Shown: piece after piece, positions 38,149 through 47,938 of the stretch
How positions within the stretch are numbered: position 1 is the first letter of the stretch
Layout: each line of letters opens with the position of its first letter
Source: Candidatus Aegiribacteria sp.
Lineage (GTDB): Bacteria > Fermentibacterota > Fermentibacteria > Fermentibacterales > JCC-6
DNA length: 64,000 nucleotides
Direction: 5' to 3'
Assembly (NCBI GenBank): GCA_030600545.1
Contig: JAUVLV010000006.1
Location: 359-64,358, forward strand
Position numbers and translations under genes: made by a program
The notes under the pieces: generated by a model
Databases searched by the model: none
Told to the model about the DNA's origin: nothing
What the model saw: the letters and a program-made list of their open reading frames with translations, nothing else

Positions 38149-38895
38149 TTACTCCTTGCGTTTGAAAGCCTTTGTTACTTTTATCAACAATCTCTGAATG
38201 GGTGGTTTTTCAGCATCCTTCAGCTCTTCTATCTTCCTCATCATGCGCAGTGCGCCCTCGTGCTCAGCATTCCACGAAAGAGCCTCATGAAGAGCCTTTT
38301 CAGCCAGCGCAAGCTGCCCCGCCTGAATGTATATACTGCCCAGCTTCACGAAGTTATTGAGGGTACTATACTCAACTTTGCAGACCACCTTCATATGGTT
38401 TACTGCCTCATGGTACCTTTTTCTTCCAAGGGACGCGGTAGCAAGAGCTTTACGCAGCTGAGCGTTGTCCGGATGTGTCTTCAGAAATATCTCCAGTATA
38501 CGAGTGGCCTCCCAGAAGTTGTCTTTCCTGCACAATCCCTCAGCTTGTCTGATGGTCCGTTTGAGTTTTGCATCAAGACGGCGCATATCCGCCCCGGGTT
38601 TGGCTTCGTTCCTGATGATACGGGATTCAGAATCTTTTCCCCGATCCCCCTTCCGCTGATTAACACCTATGGACTCATCATAATCCGCCCGATTCTCAGG
38701 ATTTGAAATTACCTGGTAGGCTTCATTTATAGCCATATACCTTTCGGTAAGCTTACGATCATCTCCTGTTACATCGGGATGGAGTTTCCTGGCAAGGTCA
38801 TGATAGGCGTCTTCTATCTCATCATGTGAAACCTTGCAGCTAACTCCCAGTACTTCGTAGAAAGTCTTTCCCGGATCATCCATTGTGTCAGTCAC
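38149..38895 (-). CDS. J-domain protein with TPR repeats
   Basis: YEVLGV, HPD, INEAYQVIS; C-terminal TPR-like helices. Confidence 0.88.
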   Translation of the reverse strand: MTDTMDDPGKTFYEVLGVSCKVSHDEIEDAYHDLARKLHPDVTGDDRKLTERYMAINEAYQVISNPENRADYDESIGVNQRKGDRGKDSESRIIRNEAKPGADMRRLDAKLKRTIRQAEGLCRKDNFWEATRILEIFLKTHPDNAQLRKALATASLGRKRYHEAVNHMKVVCKVEYSTLNNFVKLGSIYIQAGQLALAEKALHEALSWNAEHEGALRMMRKIEELKDAEKPPIQRLLIKVTKAFKRKE

Positions 38896-40358
38896 TTCAT
38901 AACTGTAAATCTCCGGCTGTCGCAGTTTCCTGCGCCATCAGAGATCCTGGCAGTATACACTCCCGCCGGTATTTCATCGGGAACATCCCAGATCACGCTG
39001 CCGGTTCCTGCTGCAAGATCGCTGGCTATAAATGAATGAACTATCCTGCCGCTGGTGTCATAAACAACCACGTCAACAACTGATACAGTGGGAGAGGTTA
39101 TTCTGAAAACAGCGCTTGATACTACAGGGTTCGGGTATACCGTATCAAGCGAAAGTACTGGTTCAATTTCCACTTCACCCTCTCCGTTTATTCCAACGTA
39201 ATTCAGGGCGGCAAAACAGAACAGAATGTTCATAGGACGGCACTCGTTACATATCCTGACTATTTCCAACGTGTCGTTCTGTGAGCCCCAGAAACCGTTG
39301 TCATCAACCTCAGGTGTCATCGGATACATCCTTGCAACGTCTTCTCCGCAGTAACTCCAGTCGTTCTGTTCTCCGTTCACATTGTAGAGTATTTGCCATG
39401 CCGTGCCGTATTCGTAACCGTTCCCTGCCGTCATGATTTCGGACCAGCCTACGAACATTTCATTGTCTGGAGCCAGAATATCTTCGTAACCCCACGGATA
39501 GAGCAGATAACCGCCATAAGTATGATAATTCATTGCTCCTATCGGCTCGATACTGATTATGAAATCTCTCTGAACCTGTGTTTCTGGTTCTGAAAATGCG
39601 GAAGTCCCGCGGTAGGTTTGATCGTATGGATATGGGCTTGATCCATAATCATCGTAACCCCACATGTATCCCCAGTTCCTGTTCAGATCGACTCCATCAC
39701 CTCCCGCGCTCCAGTTCATGTTCTTTCTCTGATTCCCACCATTAGGCATGTTGAATGCATAACCATCAGGATTTGCGATGGGTACGAAGTAAACTTCTGT
39801 ATTGTCAAGTATCCATGCGGCCCTTGTGTCACCACCGTCGTAATTGCTTGTGAGCCACATGGCGAAATCGATCAGTACCGAGTTGCCACCCGGTTCCCTG
39901 GCGTGAATAAGAGAAGAGAAGTAGATGGGTGGTTTGTAACCAGATGTCGAGCTGGTCATTCTGATCATGTATATATCACGATCCTCATATGACTGTCCGA
40001 TTGTAGCGGGGGTATCAACAAGGTCGCTGTAATCTTCCGAAAGACCGCACCAGAAAGCCCAGTTTTCCTCCGGGCTGTAGTAATAACCGCCGTCATTCAA
40101 ATTTTCCGGAAGCAGCTCTCCCCATTCCTTTGGAAGAACTTCATAATTGTGAGAAAGAAGGGCAGCCTGATCTACATCCTTCTCCGGCAGCATGATATCC
40201 ACATATTCTCCTCTGATATCAACGTTAGCTACATCGTACCCATCTTCTATAAGTTTCATCGCAAAACCCCTGGAGACATCGTACAATCTTACCAGTCTGT
40301 CCGCCTCAGCGGAAGAAGAAAGAGCTACAATTACGAAAACCAGAAAGTACTTTTTCAT
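38892..40358 (-). CDS. M14 zinc carboxypeptidase with FlgD-Ig/T9SS-like C-terminal domain
   Basis: HARE, NPDG, RKN, GVDLNRN, HTY; signal peptide from MKKYF (40358); YPNP...GVY. Confidence 0.92.
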   Translation of the reverse strand: MKKYFLVFVIVALSSSAEADRLVRLYDVSRGFAMKLIEDGYDVANVDIRGEYVDIMLPEKDVDQAALLSHNYEVLPKEWGELLPENLNDGGYYYSPEENWAFWCGLSEDYSDLVDTPATIGQSYEDRDIYMIRMTSSTSGYKPPIYFSSLIHAREPGGNSVLIDFAMWLTSNYDGGDTRAAWILDNTEVYFVPIANPDGYAFNMPNGGNQRKNMNWSAGGDGVDLNRNWGYMWGYDDYGSSPYPYDQTYRGTSAFSEPETQVQRDFIISIEPIGAMNYHTYGGYLLYPWGYEDILAPDNEMFVGWSEIMTAGNGYEYGTAWQILYNVNGEQNDWSYCGEDVARMYPMTPEVDDNGFWGSQNDTLEIVRICNECRPMNILFCFAALNYVGINGEGEVEIEPVLSLDTVYPNPVVSSAVFRITSPTVSVVDVVVYDTSGRIVHSFIASDLAAGTGSVIWDVPDEIPAGVYTARISDGAGNCDSRRFTVMK

Positions 40359-40468
40359 TGAAATCTCCTTGCAAAGATTGACTTCCAACGTTTCAGGGCT
40401 TAGAATCCTTTCCTGCTGAAACAATGTATTAATTCTAGTATCATCTAATTTGTGAAAGGAGTCTCCTC

Positions 40469-40702
40469 TTGGCAAGGAGCAAACAGTCACTCAAACGCCG
40501 CAGAACCGATGCAGTCAAGGCAAAAAGGAACCGCAGTAAAATGCGTGAGCTCAGAAGCGCCATCAAAAGTGTAAATGAATCTGACACACCTGAAAACAGA
40601 GAAAAAGCCCTGCGCAAAGCCCAGAGCCTGATAGACAAAGCATCCAAAATTCGTCTTCTTCATCCTAATAAGGCAAGCAGGCTGAAGCATTCCATAATGT
40701 AG
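40469..40702 (+). CDS. rpsT: 30S ribosomal protein S20
   Basis: Basic; RNRSKM...IDKA...LHPNKASRLK. Confidence 0.92.
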   Translation: MARSKQSLKRRRTDAVKAKRNRSKMRELRSAIKSVNESDTPENREKALRKAQSLIDKASKIRLLHPNKASRLKHSIM

Positions 40703-40706
40703 CAAT

Positions 40707-40737
40707 ACGGACCCTATTTCGAACTTGAAGGGTCCGT
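40707..40737 (+). terminator. Hairpin after rpsT, possible terminator
   Basis: ACGGACCCT / AGGGTCCGT 9-bp stem, no clear U tract. Confidence 0.45.
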
Positions 40738-40796
40738 CTGCTGCACTCCAGGCATCTATCCGAGATAATTCTCCTGTCATCTTCTGGAAATGAATA

Positions 40797-40833
40797 TTGA
40801 CATTATCCGTTCTTTTGTTAGATTGCTCTAACA
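40797..40833 (+). promoter_or_regulatory. Promoter with DtxR-type operator
   Basis: TTGACA-16-TAGATT overlapped by the palindrome TGTTAG-ATTGCT-CTAACA. Confidence 0.7.
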
Positions 40834-40850
40834 GAAATAGAGGTGTCTAT

Positions 40851-41630
40851 ATGTCAAATAGTGAAAACGGAATCACAGGATCACTTGAGGATTACCTTGA
40901 AACCATATATAGGATTCTCGGAAGAAGCTCCGTCGCCAGGGTCAGGGATATCGCTGAGGAGATGAAAGTAAGCCCTGCTTCAGTTACACCCGCCATGAAA
41001 CGCCTGGCAGAAAAAAAACTGATCAAATACTCAAAACGCAACTACATTGAATTTACCGAAAAGGGCCTCTTCATAGCGCGCCGCACAATGACCCGTCACA
41101 ATCTGCTCTCCCGTTTTCTCACGGAAATTCTTGGAATCAACAAAGAACAGGCCGAGACAGACGCCTGTTCTATGGAACATTTCCTTTCAGAAAATTCGAT
41201 GGAACGGCTGGCTGCTTTCTTCGAATTTCTTGCGGCCTGCCCGGATCTGCAGTTCCTGATAGATAATGGATTCAGCAAGTGCCTGGAAGGAGAAACCGAA
41301 CAGCTTTCCCGGTGTAGATGGTCAATCTGTCCGCTGATGAATCACGATCCGGATGATAATGATAAGGGGCTGGAGCTTATACGTCTTATAGATATTGATC
41401 CGGGTTCATCCAGAATAATCGCACGTATAAACGCCGATAAGCAGGTAAGAAAACAACTCATCGATTCAGGCTTCATCCAGGGAGCAAACATTATTCTAAG
41501 CCGTCCGGGAAGTAATGATCTGCCATGCATCGTAAAGCTTGACGGATACGATCAGGAGCTGCCCCTTGAAATAGCTGAATGTGTTCTTGTACATCCCGAA
41601 GGCGAAGGAAAACATGAGTATGAGAAATAG
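40851..41630 (+). CDS. DtxR/MntR-family metal-dependent repressor with FeoA domain
   Basis: EDYLETIY, RVRDIA, RHNLL, ACSMEH; C-terminal FeoA-like domain; ATG 40851. Confidence 0.92.
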   Translation: MSNSENGITGSLEDYLETIYRILGRSSVARVRDIAEEMKVSPASVTPAMKRLAEKKLIKYSKRNYIEFTEKGLFIARRTMTRHNLLSRFLTEILGINKEQAETDACSMEHFLSENSMERLAAFFEFLAACPDLQFLIDNGFSKCLEGETEQLSRCRWSICPLMNHDPDDNDKGLELIRLIDIDPGSSRIIARINADKQVRKQLIDSGFIQGANIILSRPGSNDLPCIVKLDGYDQELPLEIAECVLVHPEGEGKHEYEK

Positions 41631-42240
41631 AAGAGGAAGAAATCGCGGCAGGGGCAGAGGAGCAGTGTTCGCGAATACTGCAAGACCGGGCTATCCTCTG
41701 ACCATGGCATCATCAGACGAATACGTAAGAGTTGTGACGATAACCACCGATCATGCCGCAGAGAACAGACTTGTAAGCATGGGCATCAACCCGGGAGCCC
41801 TCCTTCATGTCATCTCTGCCTCGGGGAGCGGTCCCATAGTAGTAGCAAGAGACGAAACAAGGTTTGGAATAGACAGAAAAACCGCATGGCATGTAAGGGT
41901 GGTACCGGCCTCTTCCAATACAGTTAATACTGCTTATCCTGCTTTCTGCGATGATAACTGCAGAGGATGTTCCTACAGAACCGAAATGATGAAGGCCGAG
42001 TACGGTGAAAGCGTAACTCTTGATTCTCTGAAAGATGCAGAAACGGGCACGATAATTTCCATACGAGGCAGAGGTGTAACAGTAGACCGGCTCAGAAAAA
42101 TGGGGTTCAGGAAGGGAACACCTGTCAAAATGGTCCGCAACCTGCATCATCCTGATTCCGTAATCGTAGTTATTGAGGGAAAACAGGTGGAAATCGCGGG
42201 ATGGGACGCTCTGCATGTCATCCTTGAGGTAAACCGATGA
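41614..42240 (+). CDS. feoA: Ferrous iron transport protein A (two FeoA domains)
   Basis: RLVSMGINPG and RLRKMGFRKG; start 41614 or 41620. Confidence 0.85.
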   Translation: MSMRNRRGRNRGRGRGAVFANTARPGYPLTMASSDEYVRVVTITTDHAAENRLVSMGINPGALLHVISASGSGPIVVARDETRFGIDRKTAWHVRVVPASSNTVNTAYPAFCDDNCRGCSYRTEMMKAEYGESVTLDSLKDAETGTIISIRGRGVTVDRLRKMGFRKGTPVKMVRNLHHPDSVIVVIEGKQVEIAGWDALHVILEVNR

Positions 42241-44330
42241 ATCAGACTATTCCTGTTATCGCTCTTGCCGGAAACCCCAATTCAGGTAAAACCTCGATAT
42301 TCAACGCACTTACCGGCGCAAGGCAGCACGTTGCCAATTATCCCGGAATCACCGTGGAGATCAAGGAGGGAAAAGCCCATTCAGGTGAGCTGACCGCAAG
42401 AGTAATAGACCTGCCGGGAACCTATAGCCTTACGCCCTACTCTCCGGATGAGGTTGCCGCAAGGGATTACCTTCTTGAACAGCATCCGGATGTTGTGATC
42501 CATGTGGTTGATTCATCCAACCTTGAGCGCAACCTCTACCTCACCACACAGCTTATGGAACTTGGTGTACCTGTAATAATCGCCCTGAATATGATCGATA
42601 TTGCCGAGGCCAGGGGAATAAGAATCGATTCGGAAGGTCTTTCCAGAATACTTGGAATACCCGTAATCCGCACCATAGGCAACAGAGGGACAGGCGCTGA
42701 CGAGCTGCTGCAGAAGGCTTTGAGTGTAGCCGGGGAAAGAACCAGCTGGATCCCGATAGATCTCTCCTACGGACAATCTTCAGATGAAGCTCTGAAGATA
42801 CTGAAGATGAAGATAAGGGAAGCGAAACTCCTTGGCGATATGGTTCCTCCCGGATGGCTGGCTCTTCGACTTCTTGAGCAGGATTCGCATACAATTAACA
42901 GAGTAGAAAAACTTCATTTACCCGCAGGTGACGAAATACTGAATCTGTCTGCCGACCTGGCGGACGGGGTCTTCAGGGAAATGAACGACGAAACCGAAGG
43001 TGTCATCGCCGATCACAGGTACGGATTTGTCGCGGGTGTGGTCAAACGTGTGAAAAGCAAACCTGCGGTAAACAGAGTATACCTTTCAGACAGGATGGAT
43101 ACATTCCTGACAAATCCCGTTCTTGGCCCGATTGTGATGGCTGCTGTACTCTTCGGTCTGTTTCAGTTCACATTTTTCATAAGTGATACACCTATTACGT
43201 GGATGGAAGAATTCTTCATCTGGCTTCACAATATCGCATGGGGCGTCCTGCCTGAGGGTTTCCTCAGATCAATGGTAGTAAACGGAGCCATCGACGGTGT
43301 CGGAGGTGTAGTCGGCTTTGTACCCCTTATCATGTTCATGTTCTTTTTCATAGCCATTCTTGAAGATACCGGTTATATGGCCAGGATAGCGTTTCTTATG
43401 GACAGAATATTCCGAAAGTTCGGACTTCATGGGAATTCCATCGTCCCCTTTATAATATCAGGTGGAATAACTGGAGGATGCGCAGTACCCGGTATAATGG
43501 CCGCCAGGACACTCAGGGATCCAAAAGAAAGATTCGCCACCATATTTTCTGTCCCCTTTATGAACTGCGGCGCTAAACTTCCGATATACGCCCTTCTTAT
43601 TGCAGCTTTTTTCTCCGCACATGAAGGCACAATGCTGTTTCTGCTTACCATTATTTCATGGTCATTCGCGATGATTTCCGCTAAATTGCTGCGTTCTACG
43701 ATACTGAAGGGAGAATCGACCTCTTTCGTTCTTGAGCTCCCCCCTTACAGGCTCCCTTCCCTCAAGAGCCTCCTCATACATATGTGGCAGAGGACATGGC
43801 TCTACCTACGGAAGGCAGGAACAGTAATCCTTTTCGCCTCGATCGTTATGTGGGCTCTTATGACATTTCCCACTCTGCCGCTGGACCGGGCATCCTCGCT
43901 GACCGGCAACGAACTCGCACAGGTAAAACTATCGTATTCGTTTGCGGGAAGGGCCGGCAGGATCTTCGAGAACATCACAAAACCGCTGATGGGATTTGAC
44001 TGGAAAACCGATGTAGCGCTTATTGGAGGATTCGCAGCCAAGGAAATCGTGGTTTCCACCCTTGGTACGGTCTATTCAATGGGAGAGATTGACGCTGAGG
44101 AATCTTCATCACTTTCGGAAAGACTGGCCAATGAAGCGGGGTGGAACCCGGTGATGGCATTTGCCCTTATCATGTTTACAATGCTGTACATTCCGTGCAT
44201 AGCCACAGTAGCTGTCATCAAACGTGAAACCCGTTCATGGAAATGGGCGGGATTTGCCGTTGTCTATACAACAGGTATTGCGGCGATTGTATCGACAATT
44301 GTATACCAGATAGGGATGCTGTTCTACTGA
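42237..44330 (+). CDS. feoB: Ferrous iron transport protein B
   Basis: GNPNSGKT, NYPGITVE, DLPGTY, NMID, LELPPY. Confidence 0.96.
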   Translation: MNQTIPVIALAGNPNSGKTSIFNALTGARQHVANYPGITVEIKEGKAHSGELTARVIDLPGTYSLTPYSPDEVAARDYLLEQHPDVVIHVVDSSNLERNLYLTTQLMELGVPVIIALNMIDIAEARGIRIDSEGLSRILGIPVIRTIGNRGTGADELLQKALSVAGERTSWIPIDLSYGQSSDEALKILKMKIREAKLLGDMVPPGWLALRLLEQDSHTINRVEKLHLPAGDEILNLSADLADGVFREMNDETEGVIADHRYGFVAGVVKRVKSKPAVNRVYLSDRMDTFLTNPVLGPIVMAAVLFGLFQFTFFISDTPITWMEEFFIWLHNIAWGVLPEGFLRSMVVNGAIDGVGGVVGFVPLIMFMFFFIAILEDTGYMARIAFLMDRIFRKFGLHGNSIVPFIISGGITGGCAVPGIMAARTLRDPKERFATIFSVPFMNCGAKLPIYALLIAAFFSAHEGTMLFLLTIISWSFAMISAKLLRSTILKGESTSFVLELPPYRLPSLKSLLIHMWQRTWLYLRKAGTVILFASIVMWALMTFPTLPLDRASSLTGNELAQVKLSYSFAGRAGRIFENITKPLMGFDWKTDVALIGGFAAKEIVVSTLGTVYSMGEIDAEESSSLSERLANEAGWNPVMAFALIMFTMLYIPCIATVAVIKRETRSWKWAGFAVVYTTGIAAIVSTIVYQIGMLFY

Positions 44331-44343
44331 CCCCCGGGCGTTT

Positions 44344-45606
44344 TCAGATTACGAATCCAGGTTCAAGCATGGTGTTCTTGGGTATAACAATTATGCCATC
44401 GCGAATGGAGAAGAGATCCGAAGAGTATTCCTGAACACCCTCTCTGTTCTCAAGCCTGCACCTGTTACCTATTCTGGCATTCTTATCGATGATGGCGTTT
44501 TTAATAACACAGTTCTCGCCAATTCCAAGCGGCAGCATTTCACTGCTTTTGTTCCTGGGATCGAGGTAGTGACCTTCCCAGTAATCTGAACCCATGAATA
44601 CACATCTTTCCATCACGGTTCCGTTTCGCACTTTGCCGCGGAGACCTACAATACACTTATTGAATGATACTCCGTTTACATCTGAAGCATCACATATGAT
44701 CGTATCGTTCAGTGTACAGTTATTTATCCTCGCCCCGGGAAGAGCCCGCGCACGGGTATAAAGTGGTGAAAAACTCGTATACATGTCAAAATCAGGATTT
44801 GAAGTAGCCATATCCAGATTGGCCTTGAAGAAACTGGATATCGTACCTATATCCGACCAGTATCCGTTGAATGTATGTGAAGCCACTCTGTATGATCCAA
44901 TGGAATGGGGTATGATCTCCTTCCCGAAATCGATAACATCGGGTTCCGCTTCAAGAACCTTCCTTAGAACATCCGATGAGAACATGTAGATTCCCATGCT
45001 TCCCAGATAGGGCCTTGAAACCGTAGTTCCCATCTGAGTGCTCTTCAGCCCTTCCAGTTCCTCTTCCGGGGGTTTTTCTCTGAATTCAGTGATAATTCCG
45101 TCTTCGCCTACCTTCATAATACCCATGGATGGAGCCTCGGCCGCGGTGACCGGTTTGGTTGCTATTGTTATGTCGGCTTTGCTGTTTTCATGATAGTCGG
45201 CGAATTCATTGAAATCCATCCTGTAAAGCTGATCACCGGAGAGTATCAGAACCAGATCAGGGTAGTAGCTGCTTATATACTTGAGACTCTGTCTTACAGC
45301 GTCAGCTGTTCCCTGGAACCATTCCCTGTTCTCATCGGTCTGTTCAGCCGCAAGAATAGAAATAAAACCATCGGTGAACCTGTCAAACTTGTACGTGCGT
45401 GCTACATGCTTGTTCAGGCTCTCGCTGTTATACTGAGTAAGTACCAGCATGTGTCTGATCTGATCGTTAATGCAGTTTGAGATCGGAATATCTATTAACC
45501 TGTACTTGCCGCCTATGGGAACTGCAGGTTTGCTTCTGTCACGAGTAAGGGGAAAAAGCCTTGTTCCCCTTCCTCCACCAAGAATTACAGCGATAATTCT
45601 TCTCAT
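44344..45606 (-). CDS. glgC: Glucose-1-phosphate adenylyltransferase
   Basis: GGGRGTRLFPLT, KPAVP, WFQGTADAV, SMGIY, IIDKNARIG; ATG 45606. Confidence 0.96.
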   Translation of the reverse strand: MRRIIAVILGGGRGTRLFPLTRDRSKPAVPIGGKYRLIDIPISNCINDQIRHMLVLTQYNSESLNKHVARTYKFDRFTDGFISILAAEQTDENREWFQGTADAVRQSLKYISSYYPDLVLILSGDQLYRMDFNEFADYHENSKADITIATKPVTAAEAPSMGIMKVGEDGIITEFREKPPEEELEGLKSTQMGTTVSRPYLGSMGIYMFSSDVLRKVLEAEPDVIDFGKEIIPHSIGSYRVASHTFNGYWSDIGTISSFFKANLDMATSNPDFDMYTSFSPLYTRARALPGARINNCTLNDTIICDASDVNGVSFNKCIVGLRGKVRNGTVMERCVFMGSDYWEGHYLDPRNKSSEMLPLGIGENCVIKNAIIDKNARIGNRCRLENREGVQEYSSDLFSIRDGIIVIPKNTMLEPGFVI

Positions 45607-45713
45607 CTCTCCTCCTGGATTATCTTTTTGACAATAGAACCACATGTCGCGGTAGAGTCAAGGAGTAAAATAGCTCTGTAGTATTCGAATATAGAACATT
45701 ATTAAACCTGAAC

Positions 45714-45751
45714 TTGACATTTCTTAAAGTATTTATATATTTTCTTTAAGA
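45714..45751 (+). promoter_or_regulatory. Promoter with inverted-repeat operator
   Basis: TTGACA-16-TATATT; TCTTAAAG-N14-CTTTAAGA. Confidence 0.55.
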
Positions 45752-45766
45752 TATTGGAGGTTTGAT

Positions 45767-46117
45767 ATGGATATTGGTAATGCTAAATGTCCTGAGTGCG
45801 GAAGAGCCATGACACCTGTTGCCTGCGAGTGCCAACACTGTGACATCAAAATGGAAGGGAAATTCTCAGTCTCTATTCTTTCACAGCTGTCTCCGGATGA
45901 CCAGGCTCTGGTGATCGCGTTTGTACACAGTTTCGGGTCAATTAAGAAAATACAGGAACTGCTTGACGTAAGTTATCCCACTGCGAGAGCGCGGATCACG
46001 GATTTGATAAAGCGGCTGGATTCAACCATGGAAGCACCTGAGAGCATAGAAAGCCAGGTTCTCGAAAAGCTCGACCGGGGGGATATTTCCTTCCATGAAG
46101 CGATGAAGGATTTATGA
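45767..46117 (+). CDS. DUF2089-family Zn-ribbon/HTH protein
   Basis: CPECG, CQHC, GSIKK...VSYPTARAR. Confidence 0.88.
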   Translation: MDIGNAKCPECGRAMTPVACECQHCDIKMEGKFSVSILSQLSPDDQALVIAFVHSFGSIKKIQELLDVSYPTARARITDLIKRLDSTMEAPESIESQVLEKLDRGDISFHEAMKDL

Positions 46118-46374
46118 TGCCTGCCTGCATACTTCTGCTCAGGATAAAGAATTTCTTTATCCCGTTCCCCTGGTTCATCATCTGGGTCTTTCTCGTACCC
46201 TTTGTTCTCCTGGGATGGCTCGCTGGAAATATCGGACTGATCTTTGACCCCAACAGCTATGCGATGAAAGCGGCCAGCCAGTCCTGGAGAGTTCTTATGC
46301 TGCTCATGCGCCTTCATGGAACAGAAGTAAAAGTAAATACAAGTGAAGAAAATATTTTGATAAAATTCATCTGA
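46114..46374 (+). CDS. Small membrane protein of the DUF2089 operon
   Basis: Hydrophobic N-half, 4-bp overlap with the upstream gene. Confidence 0.65.
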   Translation: MMPACILLLRIKNFFIPFPWFIIWVFLVPFVLLGWLAGNIGLIFDPNSYAMKAASQSWRVLMLLMRLHGTEVKVNTSEENILIKFI

Positions 46375-46397
46375 CCTGATTGAAAGGGGAAAACACA

Positions 46398-46811
46398 ATG
46401 AAAAATGATTCACACAAGAAGATCCTGGAGATGCTTTCTAATGGAAAGATCTCCGTTGATGAAGCCACTGCGCTTCTGTCAAAACTTCAAAGTCCCGATA
46501 CCGGTGCTGAAAACGTAAACGAATCGGAATACGGTGAAGTGAAGAAAAAGGCTCTCAAATACCTGAGAGTAATGGTGGACTCCGCTGACGGTGACAAGGT
46601 TAACGTAAGGGTGCCCCTCAGTCTGATTAAGACCGGAATCAAACTTTCTGCCCTTGTTCCCCGCAATGCGGCTGAACAGATGAGCAACCATGGATTCGAT
46701 CTTTCGCAGCTGTCCGAACTTGACGGCGATGAACTAATCGAAGCACTCAGTGATATGCAGGTTGATGTGGACAGTGCCGATGGGGATAAAGTAAAGGTAT
46801 TCACTGAATAG
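46398..46811 (+). CDS. SHOCT-like domain protein of the DUF2089 operon
   Basis: KILEMLSNGKISVDEATALL, KVNVRVPL. Confidence 0.8.
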   Translation: MKNDSHKKILEMLSNGKISVDEATALLSKLQSPDTGAENVNESEYGEVKKKALKYLRVMVDSADGDKVNVRVPLSLIKTGIKLSALVPRNAAEQMSNHGFDLSQLSELDGDELIEALSDMQVDVDSADGDKVKVFTE

Positions 46812-46821
46812 AGAAGTCGCG
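46778..46821. repeat. Diverged direct repeat, copy A (gene 3' end)
   Basis: 36/44 identical to 47846-47889. Confidence 0.85.
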
Positions 46822-46884
46822 CTTTCTGAAGTACGGTCAACCTGTGGCTTTTGTGATACGTAAAAAAAAGGTAAAATCCTTGAA

Positions 46885-47643
46885 CTACCGGGGTTTATGA
46901 GCTTTCAGAACATATTCTCCGGGATATAATCCATAGTATTCATCTATATCGCCATTCATCACCAGCACTTCAACCCTGAAACCCTGTTCTGTAAGTCTGC
47001 TCTTAAGACCCTCCACGGAATAGACACGTACATGATCTTCCTGACCGAAGTTAATCAGTCTATCCTCGGGAGCAGTTATCGATTGATCTTCATACATTTC
47101 TTCGCTGAACGGTGTCTGTACGAAACAACTTCCACCGGGTTTCAATATTCGAAAGAGTTCCATAATGGCATTTTTATCTTCTTCAATATGCTCCAGAACA
47201 TGATAACAGATTATCTTGTCATACACATTTTCTGATTCATCAATATCGGTAATATCAATGCACTTATCTGCAGTGAATTCTCCAGCATAATCTGTAGTTG
47301 TATATTCAATATCCGATCTCAATTCATATGCTCTCCTGATTGCCCCGGATGGTGAAAAATGAAGAATTCTCTCTTCGGAATTCACTTCGTTCTCAAGAAT
47401 CATATAAAGCCTTCTGGCTCTTGAAGAACTGCCGCATCTGGGACACAAACGATCTTCATCATTTATCTCAATGAAAGCTCTGAGCCCGTATCCACAAATA
47501 TTGCATCTGTGTCTGTTACCTCTGTATAGAATTGCCAATACCCTTCTTAACAAGTATTCATGTTCGGCGAGAAGCCTTCCTGGAATCACTCTTCGGACTA
47601 TACCTTTTACCAAGTTGAACACCTCAGATAACACCTCTCGCAT
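46885..47643 (-). CDS. Class I SAM-dependent methyltransferase
   Basis: CNICG/CPRCG, ILHFSP, HVLEHI, RILKPGG, FGQEDHVR. Confidence 0.88.
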   Translation of the reverse strand: MREVLSEVFNLVKGIVRRVIPGRLLAEHEYLLRRVLAILYRGNRHRCNICGYGLRAFIEINDEDRLCPRCGSSSRARRLYMILENEVNSEERILHFSPSGAIRRAYELRSDIEYTTTDYAGEFTADKCIDITDIDESENVYDKIICYHVLEHIEEDKNAIMELFRILKPGGSCFVQTPFSEEMYEDQSITAPEDRLINFGQEDHVRVYSVEGLKSRLTEQGFRVEVLVMNGDIDEYYGLYPGEYVLKAHKPR

Positions 47644-47845
47644 CCGTTAGTTGAAGTGATTGCAACCCTCAACCAGTGGTCCATTGAAATCAATTGATCT
47701 TTATGTCATTGAGAGATTATACCATGTCCCATGGCTTACGGTCGACTTCACTATTATCTAATGTGAAACTGGCACTATTGCCTCTTTATACACCTATAAA
47801 GGCCTGGTGGGCAAACGTCCTGAGAACGAAAACAGGAAAATTGGT

Positions 47846-47889
47846 CGATGGAGATAAGGTGAGGGTTTTCACAGAATAGAATAGTCGCG
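47846..47889. repeat. Diverged direct repeat, copy B (orphan DGDKVRVFTE* fragment)
   Basis: Encodes the C-terminal 10 residues of 46398-46811 with one K>R change. Confidence 0.85.
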
Positions 47890-47938
47890 TCTCCTGTATT
47901 ATATTTCTTTTTCTACTTATAGCAGAAAGGAAAGATCC

